A stretch of 64,000 bases of DNA from Bacilli bacterium (GCA_050949315.1 JBMNFL010000001.1:544001-608000); one strand, 5' to 3'. Positions 39,092 to 48,350 are shown, counted from the first letter of the stretch. The notes: a model not told the origin generated them from the letters alone. Made by a program: numbers and translations.

Positions 39092-39865
39092 CTAAAAGGC
39101 GGATTTGTTACACATATGTCATAATCACAAAAATTAACATCTTGAAACTTGATGCCCCTACCATTGGCTGGATTATATCCGCTTGCAGTTATACTTTTTA
39201 TTCCCCACTCATTTGCATTTTCAACAAATGTTCTGACGAAATTGCATTTAAGTCTATCACGTAAAAAAGAATCAATTTCTTTTTCTCCAACTTTAACAAT
39301 TTGCATTTTGTTACTATCTTCTAAGTCAAACAAAGTATATGATACCGACTGAATTACATTTGTATGTCCAACAATACTATCATTTTCAAAATTAATTTTT
39401 ATTGAGTAGACATTTAACCCTTCTTCTTCATCCAAAATATCCCAATCACATGGGCAAATGATATTTTTGTTCCTGAACTTATCTTTCCATAACGACAATT
39501 CATTAATGATATCTTGCATAGATGTGTAACATTCATCGTTTGGCTTCGTTCCAAGCGGTGTTGTTTGTCCGGAATCATATTTAATTTTGTTAATTATCTT
39601 TTTTTGCTTACCCATAAATTTCATCACCTTTTCTTTTTTTGATAAAAAGGTACATCTTTATATCTGTTTACATTTTAACTTAAATTATATAAAAATTCTA
39701 CTTATTCAACGATTAAAAATTCTTTTTAGACTTTTTTTGAAGAAATAAATTATTTTCACGATCTTTTCCAAAATCCATAAAGGCGTGGCTTTGTGCTTGA
39801 CCGTTGGTTACTACAACTTTTTTTCATAAAACACGGGGTATAATATTCTAAAAGAAGTTGTTTTT

Positions 39866-40438
39866 ATGAAATATGGACATGTTAGAGCGTCAACTATTAC
39901 ACAAAATATTGAAAGACTAATGAATGAAATGTATAAATCAGGTTTAACTAATGACCAAATTTTTATTAACAAACAGAGTGATAAAGATTTTAATCGCGAA
40001 AAATATCAAGAATTAAGAAATATCTTAAAGAAAATTGTTTTATTAATAAAGTCAATTGTGATCATTTAAGAGAAAGTTATAACATGATATTTGAAGAGTG
40101 TCATTACATTACTAAAACATCTCCCTCAATTATTTCAATAATTGATATGCCACTTTTAGATACGAGAAATGATGCTTCTAATTTAATAGGAAAATTCATC
40201 AGTGATATTGTTTTACAAATTTTATCTTTTGTTGTTAAAACTGAAAGAGAAAACATAAAGCAAAGACAAACTAAAAACACGCCTTATGAAAGAAAAAGGC
40301 ATCCAGATGAGGCACCCTTGATATGTTTTACCTAATAATTTTAATGAACTCGCTGTTTCAAAAATCACATCAAAGGACGCAGTTAAATTGCTTAACATGA
40401 CAAGAAGTACATTTTTAAAATACACTAGTCTAATGTGA
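39866..40438 (+). pseudogene. Frameshifted serine recombinase (resolvase/invertase)
   Basis: MKYGHVRAST..QNIER, KDFNR..YQ, IDMPLLDTR, FISDIVLQILSFV..ERENIKQRQ and terminal HTH (AVKLLNMTRSTF) spread over three broken frames. Confidence 0.88.
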
Positions 40439-40543
40439 TAAAAAACTGTTTTTATTCGGCTCGCACCTTTTAGTTAACTATGCGTTTTGGCAAATTCTCC
40501 ATTATGTGCTTTTGTCCACGAGTTAAAAATAAACTTTTATACT

Positions 40544-40577
40544 AAAAAGTAGACCTTTTGCTAAAGTCTATTTTTTT
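40544..40577 (+). terminator. Probable terminator after resolvase remnant
   Basis: AAAAAGTAGAC..GTCTATTTTTTT. Confidence 0.45.
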
Positions 40578-40646
40578 AGAGTATAATTTTAAAAAACACA
40601 CCTTTTTTAGTATAAATGAACTTAAAGAATTATTTGTACAAAAAAT

Positions 40647-40692
40647 TAAATAGTGTAATAATGTGTATAGTTATGTTATATTACACTATTTA
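40647..40692. repeat. 14-bp perfect inverted repeat
   Basis: TAAATAGTGTAATA-N18-TATTACACTATTTA. Confidence 0.7.
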
Positions 40693-40740
40693 TTGGGCGC
40701 TGTGACTAATTTACTTTCAATATCATTTATATATCATTAA

Positions 40741-40971
40741 TCAACGCAGTTTTACTAATTTACCATAATATTCATATGGCTCACTTTTTGCGTTTTGTGC
40801 ATACGTAATATCCGCTATGTACCAAGAATCATCTGATGTACCAACTTTTTTTACGTGCCCACCAACGTCATGTTTAGCTTTTTCTCCGGTTTTTACTTCC
40901 CAAAAATGTTGCCATGAGTAATAACCGGATGGCAAACGCTCACCTGTGCCGTTTATGTTTTTTATTAACAT
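40741..40971 (-). CDS. Small hypothetical protein, His-Me (HNH-like) fold suspected
   Basis: Strong AAGGAGG RBS; KNINGT..SW..FWE..TG..VGGHV..WYI..N pattern. Confidence 0.7.
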   Translation of the reverse strand: MLIKNINGTGERLPSGYYSWQHFWEVKTGEKAKHDVGGHVKKVGTSDDSWYIADITYAQNAKSEPYEYYGKLVKLR

Positions 40972-41247
40972 ACTCTTCCTCCTTTCTTTGTTTTTTGTTT
41001 ATCTGATTAATTTTATCTTTCTATTTAAAATAACTCTATAACTCTTCCCAATTAATTACCTATATTTTACAGATAGAACAATAGATTAATTATCAAGAAT
41101 TAATTCACTTCAAAGTATCTAGTATTTTATCTTAAATTTTAGAAAGAATCCAACAATAGAAAACCGTTTTAAACAAGCAATTTTATCTCAATTGGTTTTA
41201 AAATTTTCTTGTTTATTAATCAGAGATTAAACTAGTTTCACAAAAGC

Positions 41248-41321
41248 TGGAGCATGTGACGGGAATCGAACCCGCGTAATCAGCTTGGAAGGCTGATGTT
41301 CTACCATTGAACTACACATGC
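41248..41321 (-). tRNA. tRNA-Gly (TCC)
   Basis: GCATGTG...CTTCCAA...GGTTCGATTCC...CACATGCTCCA; upstream TTGAAA-N17-TAGAAT. Confidence 0.97.
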
Positions 41322-41423
41322 ATTTTTTAGGCTTTTTCATTCTAGCATAATCAAACCTTACTTTCAACTTTTTGTTGGAACAAGAAAGCGTTTGAAAAAG
41401 ATAATGAAGTTATTAGTTAATTT

Positions 41424-42314
41424 CTAAACTAAAGCCTTCTTTTTATTTTCAATAAGAACACGAATTAAAGAATAAAGTCCTAAGAAAAACACCAAGGGGA
41501 AATGAATGATGGTAGTAAGGGGTCTAGTCATTAGTCTTTCTAAACCAACAGCTGGCGAGACGGCCGAAATAAACTGAGTATCTTTAATTCCTAGATAGAC
41601 TATAACAATCGCTAATACGACATCAAAGAACATAACTAAAGAACAATAAATAATTGAGGCTTTGAAATTATCTTTTAAAATAGTTCTTGCAATTAAAAGA
41701 TGAAATAAGATAACTATTGGTAAAAGTAATGCTAGATAGAAAGGGAAAGTCATGTATAAACTACGGTAATGAAGATAAACTGGACTCCATAAAAAGGCCC
41801 CTAAACGATTAAGTGCAAAATAGATGACAAGCACTAAACCTATTGTCCCTAAGATATGACGGATGGTCATTTCTCTTTTAACTTCATCATCTGCTAATTT
41901 CTTATATCCTATAAAGCGTAACCAAAGAGCAAAAACAAGTAAAAGAAGGTGAATGATTAAACAAATAAGTGGATAAGCCACAAAAGGATAAGGAGCGATA
42001 AAAGAGCCATAACTAATTATTCCTGTTAGTAAACTAAAAACTAAACCAATCAAAGAAAAGACAATTAGAATAACCGAATAGGTCTTAGTCATCTTTTTAA
42101 AATATTGAGGATATAAATAATAACGAGCAAAATAAATAGTTGCTAAAACTAAATCCATGGCTAAAAACAAACCTGGTATGGTAGAGATAAAACACAATTC
42201 AAAACCATCATACATATTGGCCACATCACTTAAGAAAAGATTGGTCATATAAAAGTTTACAGAGGCAGAGACTAAGACCAAAAGTACTAAGTAAATTATC
42301 TTTTTATCTTTCAT
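41424..42314 (-). CDS. Hypothetical multi-pass membrane protein
   Basis: About 8 hydrophobic segments; ATG 42314 adjacent to upstream stop, GAGGTGG RBS. Confidence 0.75.
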   Translation of the reverse strand: MKDKKIIYLVLLVLVSASVNFYMTNLFLSDVANMYDGFELCFISTIPGLFLAMDLVLATIYFARYYLYPQYFKKMTKTYSVILIVFSLIGLVFSLLTGIISYGSFIAPYPFVAYPLICLIIHLLLLVFALWLRFIGYKKLADDEVKREMTIRHILGTIGLVLVIYFALNRLGAFLWSPVYLHYRSLYMTFPFYLALLLPIVILFHLLIARTILKDNFKASIIYCSLVMFFDVVLAIVIVYLGIKDTQFISAVSPAVGLERLMTRPLTTIIHFPLVFFLGLYSLIRVLIENKKKALV

Positions 42315-42315
42315 T

Positions 42316-43308
42316 TTATTCCACCTCTTGATAAGTATGGTATAGATAATCAAAGGATAAGGTTTGATCATTATGGATAGTCACTACATGGCCACCCAAG
42401 CGATCATCATCACCATACACCCTATCATTAGCATTAATCCCATAACAAAGATAAACCCCTTGATATAAAACTCTTGTATTGTTTATATGGTCATGACCAA
42501 CACAAATAGCTTTAGTAGAATTTAATTCCTTGGCCTTAGTAAAGAAACCTGAATTATATTTAGGGGCACAAACAGCTTCTCGTTGATCACCATATTCAAG
42601 AATGGCATCCGCTTCGCCTTGTAAGGCTTTCTTATAAGCGGTATCAAACTCAGGGATGGGGATATGGAAGAAAGCTATTGATGGAACGACAACACCAGCA
42701 TTCTCTACTCTCGTATGATTTACTAAACGCTCATACCAAGCGATTTGATTATCCTTAATATAGTCATAACCAAGATATTCTCCAAAATTATAACGATTAC
42801 TATCCATAATAATTACTTGGTAATGAACCTTATCGTCTTTCATAAGATTGATGGCAAAGTTAGCATTACCGGTTATATCATCATCTTGAATATCTTTAAA
42901 CAAACAATACGAACCAAAATTATTTAAGTAATCAGTAAGCCAATCAATTGAAAAATAACACTGCTCATCATGATTACCAAAAGTAATGGTCCAGAAGGTA
43001 TTATAACTATCAATAAAGTTAAAAAGGCTTTTAGCCGTTCTCTTATCAGCAAAAGTAAAACTATCACCACAGATAACTATTAAATCAGCATCAGCTTCCT
43101 TAATAGTTAAATCCATAAAGTCAAACTCGCGTTCAAGTTTATCCTTATTAGACAAATGAATATCATTTAATTGGAGAATACGAAAATTCTCTTTATAATC
43201 TGTTTCTAGTATGTATTCACTAATGTCATGGCGAACATCACGCTTCCCACAGGCACTTAAAAGCAAGGTCAAGGTGGCCATGATTATTAATCTTTTTTTG
43301 TGTTTCAC
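42316..43308 (-). CDS. Metallophosphoesterase lipoprotein (Dcr2/PAP-like)
   Basis: LLSAC lipobox; DIH, GD, FGNHD, FHIP, GHDH.N. Confidence 0.88.
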   Translation of the reverse strand: MKHKKRLIIMATLTLLLSACGKRDVRHDISEYILETDYKENFRILQLNDIHLSNKDKLEREFDFMDLTIKEADADLIVICGDSFTFADKRTAKSLFNFIDSYNTFWTITFGNHDEQCYFSIDWLTDYLNNFGSYCLFKDIQDDDITGNANFAINLMKDDKVHYQVIIMDSNRYNFGEYLGYDYIKDNQIAWYERLVNHTRVENAGVVVPSIAFFHIPIPEFDTAYKKALQGEADAILEYGDQREAVCAPKYNSGFFTKAKELNSTKAICVGHDHINNTRVLYQGVYLCYGINANDRVYGDDDRLGGHVVTIHNDQTLSFDYLYHTYQEVE

Positions 43309-43375
43309 TAAATATGTTCCCCCATGCAGCATAATTATAACGAAAATATAAAACCTTTAGCAATATAACCTTAAT

Positions 43376-43400
43376 AAAAAAAAGGAGATAGTTATCTCCC
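43376..43400 (-). terminator. Terminator after tRNA-Asp
   Basis: GGAGATA-TATCTCC stem plus T8. Confidence 0.7.
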
Positions 43401-43413
43401 CTTTACCATACTT

Positions 43414-43489
43414 TGGCGGTCTTGACGGGGATCGAACCCGCGATCTTCTCCGTGACAGGGAGACATGTTAGCCACTACACCACAAGACC
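43414..43489 (-). tRNA. tRNA-Asp (GTC)
   Basis: GGTCTTG...CTGTCAC...GGTTCGATCCC...CAAGACCGCCA; own promoter TTGAAC-N17-TATAAT. Confidence 0.97.
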
Positions 43490-43546
43490 CTTATTTGTAT
43501 TTGCTCTGTAATTATATAGTCTTTTTTATTTAAGTTCAACTATTGA

Positions 43547-43678
43547 TAAAAAAACACTCACTAGTCGTTATAGCGAGTGTCCCATGTTTTGGCTAAGCAC
43601 GATAGCCACGTATGGTAAAAAATGATAATCGTATAAAACTGGCAATTAGCTAAAGGATTCTAATTTTTTATACGATTG
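43547..43678 (-). ncRNA. Candidate orphan structured ncRNA (~130 nt)
   Basis: TTGCTT (43707-43712)-N17-TAAAAT (43684-43689) promoter; two internal hairpins; terminal ACACTCGCTA/TAGTGAGTGT hairpin plus U tract; no meaningful ORF. Confidence 0.6.
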
Positions 43679-43880
43679 CACTTATTTTATCTTATTGTTT
43701 CCAAAAAAGCAAGAGATTTCCGCATGAAAGCGCTTTTCACTTGAAAAAGCAATCTGTCAAAGGACTGACTTATAACCTTCTTGATAATTCTATCTATTTT
43801 TACAAGGCTTTTCTTTGTGATCTACTTTTGGATGTTTTAAATTTTTACGAAAACTATATTTACGTGATCTTAATTATCTC

Positions 43881-46800
43881 TTATGAGTTAATAAAGTTAC
43901 ATGACATATACGCTTCTATCATTAATATCTGACTATCAGTTGGCGCATCTTGATTAATGTGTACATTTTTGTACCCTTTTTCGTTCTGGATTATTTTTAA
44001 TACATCAAAATCATATAGGGCAACTATTAATTTTTTAAGGTAACCTTTCTTTTCTTTAAACATGCCATAGCCTTGCTTATCTTGTAAACCAAAAGACATT
44101 ATAGTTTTGTCTTCTTTAGAAATGAAAAAGTTAATTAGACTTCTGTGGGTCATTTTAAATCCCGAATATTGGGTATAAATATTTGACAAGGCTCCCAATA
44201 TTCCATTGATTTCTGCTTTAATTTCGCTTCTTCTAATTCTACCATCATTATCAATTAATATTTTACCCTTTTCTTGTGTATAGTTATACCCATACATTGT
44301 AAAATTACAACCTGTTCCATCTTTTTTATAATTGGTACAGCCTAGCATTCTCTGTTCTTTATTTAAACCTTTTTTATCCTTTATTGGTTTAATTATTAAA
44401 TAACCATCGTAACAATTAGGACACTTTGAAATTGATAATTTATCAATATTACCATTTAAATCGTTTGTTAAAAATCCGCATACTTCTGGATCATTAGAAC
44501 ATATCCATAATTTTTTGGTGGCATTTAAAAACTTAAATCTAGATATCCTTCTTTGTAATGGGTAACCACAAATTGGACATTTGTGCTTAGCATATCCAAG
44601 GTCAGAAGGATTAATTTGTGCGCCTTTTAAAATTACGTTAGTAAATTTATCCTTTAGTTCTAAAACAAATTTTGATGGTCGATTTTGGGGAGTGATGATA
44701 TATACCCTGTTTTTGGTTCTAGTAAGTGCAACATAGAACAATCTTCTCTCTTCTTCAAAATCCATCAACTCATCGTCTTTTATAACTAATTTCATCACTG
44801 GATCATCTTCAATTTTAGAAGGAAATCCCAATACATCATCTTTACCATTGACAATTATGACATTGTCTCTACCCAGACCTTTTGATGAATGGGCAGTCAT
44901 AAATGATATATCTAGTTCTGGATATTTTTTAGATTTTAAATTTTTGCCATCCCAAAAAAAGAATTCTTCTAATTTCAACAAATTCTTGCCATCAAAATTA
45001 TATCTACCAATTAAAAGAACTGTGCTGTCCAAACCATTTTTAGCAACAATATCATCAAGTGAGTATTCAATTGCCTCACCCAATCTATAAAACGGACCGT
45101 GTTCTTTATCATCTTTTTCATACGAATCATCATAACTCATTAGTATCACTGGATCTTTAATTGATTTGTTGGATTTCAAAGTCTTCTTAATTTGTTTTTG
45201 ATTTTCCATTACAAAGCCGCCGGCAATATCAATTAATTCTTGAGAATTACGATAGGTGTTTGTGATTTTTAAAATATTTGCATAACCCATTTTCTCTTCA
45301 AATTTAGTAAATAAATCTATTTTGGCACCACTAAACCTAAATATTGATTGCCAATCATCACCGACTGCTACAATCTTGGCATTACTAGCTTTCGATAACT
45401 TTTCACATAAATCAAATCTTTGAAGAGATATATCTTGATATTCATCAACTAGAATATAATCATATGGTAATAAATCGTGTTCCGCTATCATCTTATCAAG
45501 TACATTTGAAGCATTATTAATCATATCTTCAAAATCAATCGCTTTAATCTCCATTTTCTTTGTTTCATACACATGAAAACAACGTTTGGCAATCTCCATA
45601 AACAATTTTGTTCTTTCAGATTTTATAGAATGCTGCCATTCATCAAATTTGGTATTAAAATCATAATTACAAACTTTAAATCTATTTATAAAATTGCAGA
45701 CCAATAAGATAAATTTAGAGAAGTATTTGTTCTCTGCTTGAGAAGCAAGCCGTTTATATATTTCAATATTATTTTTGGTCTCAAACTTAATACCAATATC
45801 AGTCAATTTTTCCCCTAGATGTGTTATTAAATCTCTTCCATCCTTGTATTTAGAAAAGGTATAAATTAATTGAGTTTTATGTTCTCTGTGTAATTTTATC
45901 TTATCATTGATGTGTTTTTTGTATTCCGATAATTCTTGAGAAGTAAAACGAGTGTTTTGTCCTTCTTCTGATATACCAAAATGCTCTAAATAAATTTCTT
46001 GTCCTTTATACTTGATTAAAAAATCCGGACAATATGGTTTTGTTGTGTCATTAAATCCATGGCGATAAACTGGCTCATAGATATAATCAATACCATTAAT
46101 GTACAAAAAGTTTGCAATTCTACACTCATCTACACTTCTTGTCCTTTCATCATTCATGGTGCTTTTTTTCTTTGTTTGTTCCTTATGATAATCATCTAAT
46201 ATTTGGGCTAAATCACTCTTAATAGTTGTCGTATCATTAGCCGATAAAGTCTTAAATAATAACGATACATTTTCGACTTCAAAGGGCATGTTCAAATATG
46301 ACGCAAAAAACAAAAGAATCTTCTTAATAAAATACTCATCATCAAGATTAGTAAGTAAATATTCTTCGATAACTTTATACATGAAACCTTGATTCACTAT
46401 CTGATGACGTTCATTTTCGCTTTCACTAATAATCGCGTTCCCAATAGAATGAAAAGTGGCTATTCTTGCAGGAAGATCTAATCTCTTAAATCTTTCTTTC
46501 AATTCCTCGGTAGCCTTTCTAGTAAACGAGACAATTAAAACTCTATCAGGATTGATTCCCTTTACATCGACTAAATATTTAACTTTAGCTTCAATGGTTG
46601 TGGTTTTCCCAGCCCCCGCTCCGGCAACCACTAAAGTATAATCTTCATCAGATAAAACAACTCTTCTTTGTTCTTCATCAAGTTTGATATTTACATCATC
46701 CTTAATAAGTAAATTATCAAGAATTTCTTTATCAATTATTAAATGTTTATTTACATATTCATCATTGTGACGTTTGATACTATTATCAGTGTTTTGAAAA

Positions 46801-47039
46801 CTTTTGATTAATTTTAACAGTTTTTTATAACTGATTCTTTTCTTCTTGCACCAATCAACGAGTACTTCTTCTTTATACATTAATAAAAATTTCTCAACAA
46901 TATTAGAAACTTTTTCTTTATTTGATGCATATTCTTTTTTAGATATAAAATGATCAGACGCAAGAAGATTATTAATAAAATAAGAATAATTTTCTAATTC
47001 TTTATATTTTTTGTTTGTCGCTTTTTTAAAAAACCCCAT
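43881..47039 (-). CDS. UvrD/helicase IV-like SF1 helicase with inserted PD-(D/E)xK-like domain and C-terminal zinc ribbons
   Basis: AGAGAGKTT, ILVDEYQD, VGDDWQSIF.F.GA, HSSKGL, EERRLFYVALTR; RS..E..IANFL...YE...PDF...YLEHFG insert; CPICG/CPNC C4 motifs. Confidence 0.9.
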   Translation of the reverse strand: MGFFKKATNKKYKELENYSYFINNLLASDHFISKKEYASNKEKVSNIVEKFLLMYKEEVLVDWCKKKRISYKKLLKLIKSFQNTDNSIKRHNDEYVNKHLIIDKEILDNLLIKDDVNIKLDEEQRRVVLSDEDYTLVVAGAGAGKTTTIEAKVKYLVDVKGINPDRVLIVSFTRKATEELKERFKRLDLPARIATFHSIGNAIISESENERHQIVNQGFMYKVIEEYLLTNLDDEYFIKKILLFFASYLNMPFEVENVSLLFKTLSANDTTTIKSDLAQILDDYHKEQTKKKSTMNDERTRSVDECRIANFLYINGIDYIYEPVYRHGFNDTTKPYCPDFLIKYKGQEIYLEHFGISEEGQNTRFTSQELSEYKKHINDKIKLHREHKTQLIYTFSKYKDGRDLITHLGEKLTDIGIKFETKNNIEIYKRLASQAENKYFSKFILLVCNFINRFKVCNYDFNTKFDEWQHSIKSERTKLFMEIAKRCFHVYETKKMEIKAIDFEDMINNASNVLDKMIAEHDLLPYDYILVDEYQDISLQRFDLCEKLSKASNAKIVAVGDDWQSIFRFSGAKIDLFTKFEEKMGYANILKITNTYRNSQELIDIAGGFVMENQKQIKKTLKSNKSIKDPVILMSYDDSYEKDDKEHGPFYRLGEAIEYSLDDIVAKNGLDSTVLLIGRYNFDGKNLLKLEEFFFWDGKNLKSKKYPELDISFMTAHSSKGLGRDNVIIVNGKDDVLGFPSKIEDDPVMKLVIKDDELMDFEEERRLFYVALTRTKNRVYIITPQNRPSKFVLELKDKFTNVILKGAQINPSDLGYAKHKCPICGYPLQRRISRFKFLNATKKLWICSNDPEVCGFLTNDLNGNIDKLSISKCPNCYDGYLIIKPIKDKKGLNKEQRMLGCTNYKKDGTGCNFTMYGYNYTQEKGKILIDNDGRIRRSEIKAEINGILGALSNIYTQYSGFKMTHRSLINFFISKEDKTIMSFGLQDKQGYGMFKEKKGYLKKLIVALYDFDVLKIIQNEKGYKNVHINQDAPTDSQILMIEAYMSCNFINS

Positions 47040-47331
47040 AGTAACTCCAATTAATTAACTTCATTAATTAAATCAACACTTTAAGTTCGACTTTTCCTAA
47101 TAAAGTATATCACCTCTCTTGAAATATATCTATTGTCTATAATATTCCTCCTTAAATAGAATAGTTAATTCCATTTTTTTTAAAAGTAGAAATAAGTCTT
47201 GATAATAGTATATATTTGATTAAGTGTTCTCGCATAAAAGAAAAGGAAATTATTATCATGAAAAATTTTTAACGCTTAAACCTTGAGCATCGTAAATTAT
47301 TAACAATCCATAAGATTTTTCAATTATCATT

Positions 47332-48252
47332 TTATTTCAATTTTATTAAACATTTGTTATATAAAAATTCTCTTACTTTTAAGTCAACATCTTCATAATA
47401 ACTAACTAAATGTTCTTTAAACTCATTAATAAGTTCTTTAAGAACCACAATAAGCCCCATACCTCTACCAATTAAATAGTGATTAGCGAAAACTACGGCC
47501 GTTCGCTTATTCCCATCTAAAAATAGCTGTTTTTTCATCACATAAAGCACTAAATCTATTGCAACATCATATGAGGTCTCTTGCTTTAGTAAATTATTAA
47601 GTTCTTCTTTCACCCGTGATTCATATGGTAATGGTGGAATATAATTAGAGCCGCTGATAGAAACCGGAACACTTCTTAACTTTCCGGCAGTGTAAGAAAA
47701 GCCTTCTTCAACAATCTCATTTATTTGACATAGTATTGGGTAATTTGTGGGATATGTAATCACCCCTTCATTAAGAATAAAATCCCAAGCATGTTTTAAA
47801 TTAACAACTTTAGATATATCTGTTGCACTCATATTCTTAACCTTACCACCATTGATAATAGTCTCGATATCTGAATAGGTAGTGGCTACACCTTCAAGTA
47901 CCGCTTGTCTATAAATAGATTCAACCATATTTCTTCTAGCTAGATCGATGTTGATCTTAACTTCATCGCTCAGTTTGCTAGATTCATAACTCATTGAATC
48001 TAATTCTTTTTTTATTTGTCTTAAGCGCTTTTTATATTCTTTTACTAGTTTATTGTTCTCTAGTATTAAATTATGTAGTTCTGGACTATATACTCCGGCA
48101 TATCTTGATGTTGATAGTCCTTTATCCCTAAAATGGACGTATATGTATTTATTATCTTTCTGTTCCCTTATCTCAATAGAACCATATACCATTTCACTAA
48201 TTCTAGTTTGCAATAATTCCTGCTCGTGCAGCAGTTTAGCAACATTTTTCAT
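47332..48252 (-). CDS. Fic-family protein with degenerate active-site motif
   Basis: QLFLDGNKRTA; ATG 48252 after GGAGGGG; N-terminal YIYVHFR..S.YAG domain. Confidence 0.88.
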   Translation of the reverse strand: MKNVAKLLHEQELLQTRISEMVYGSIEIREQKDNKYIYVHFRDKGLSTSRYAGVYSPELHNLILENNKLVKEYKKRLRQIKKELDSMSYESSKLSDEVKINIDLARRNMVESIYRQAVLEGVATTYSDIETIINGGKVKNMSATDISKVVNLKHAWDFILNEGVITYPTNYPILCQINEIVEEGFSYTAGKLRSVPVSISGSNYIPPLPYESRVKEELNNLLKQETSYDVAIDLVLYVMKKQLFLDGNKRTAVVFANHYLIGRGMGLIVVLKELINEFKEHLVSYYEDVDLKVREFLYNKCLIKLK

Positions 48253-48283
48253 AGAACCCCTCCATGTTAAACTTTTTGACTTA

Positions 48284-48350
48284 TTTTGTTTCACGTAAAG
48301 TATAACACCCTTAAATATAATGTGCAACATTTTAATGGTTTTGTTTCACA
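48284..48350 (-). promoter_or_regulatory. Fic promoter with repeated TGTTTCAC-type boxes
   Basis: TTGCAC (48322-48327)-N17-TATACT (48299-48304); TTTTGTTTCAC at 48284 and 48339, inverted TGTGCAACA at 48321. Confidence 0.5.

Larger units (their letters stand above)
37292..39627 (-). pseudogene. EcoRI-family adenine DNA methyltransferase interrupted by an IS (halves 39034..39627 and 37292..37921)
   Basis: NDECYT..I..EL...F.NK.IICPCD and DICVTNPPFSL in the 5' half. Removing the IS plus one target copy restores the frame ...NPPFSLYKEFLTKLIDSKIDFIILAP... (1191 nt). Confidence 0.9.

Noticed and set aside
34980-41321. attL/attR duplication of the tRNA-Gly 3' end
   Set aside because: No second copy found in the intergenic regions, so the islet was not called an intact integrative element
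43741-43932. 63-aa plus-strand ORF or possible toxin remnant next to the sRNA
   Set aside because: TTG start without RBS; minus-strand frames are broken and not recognisably similar to any toxin
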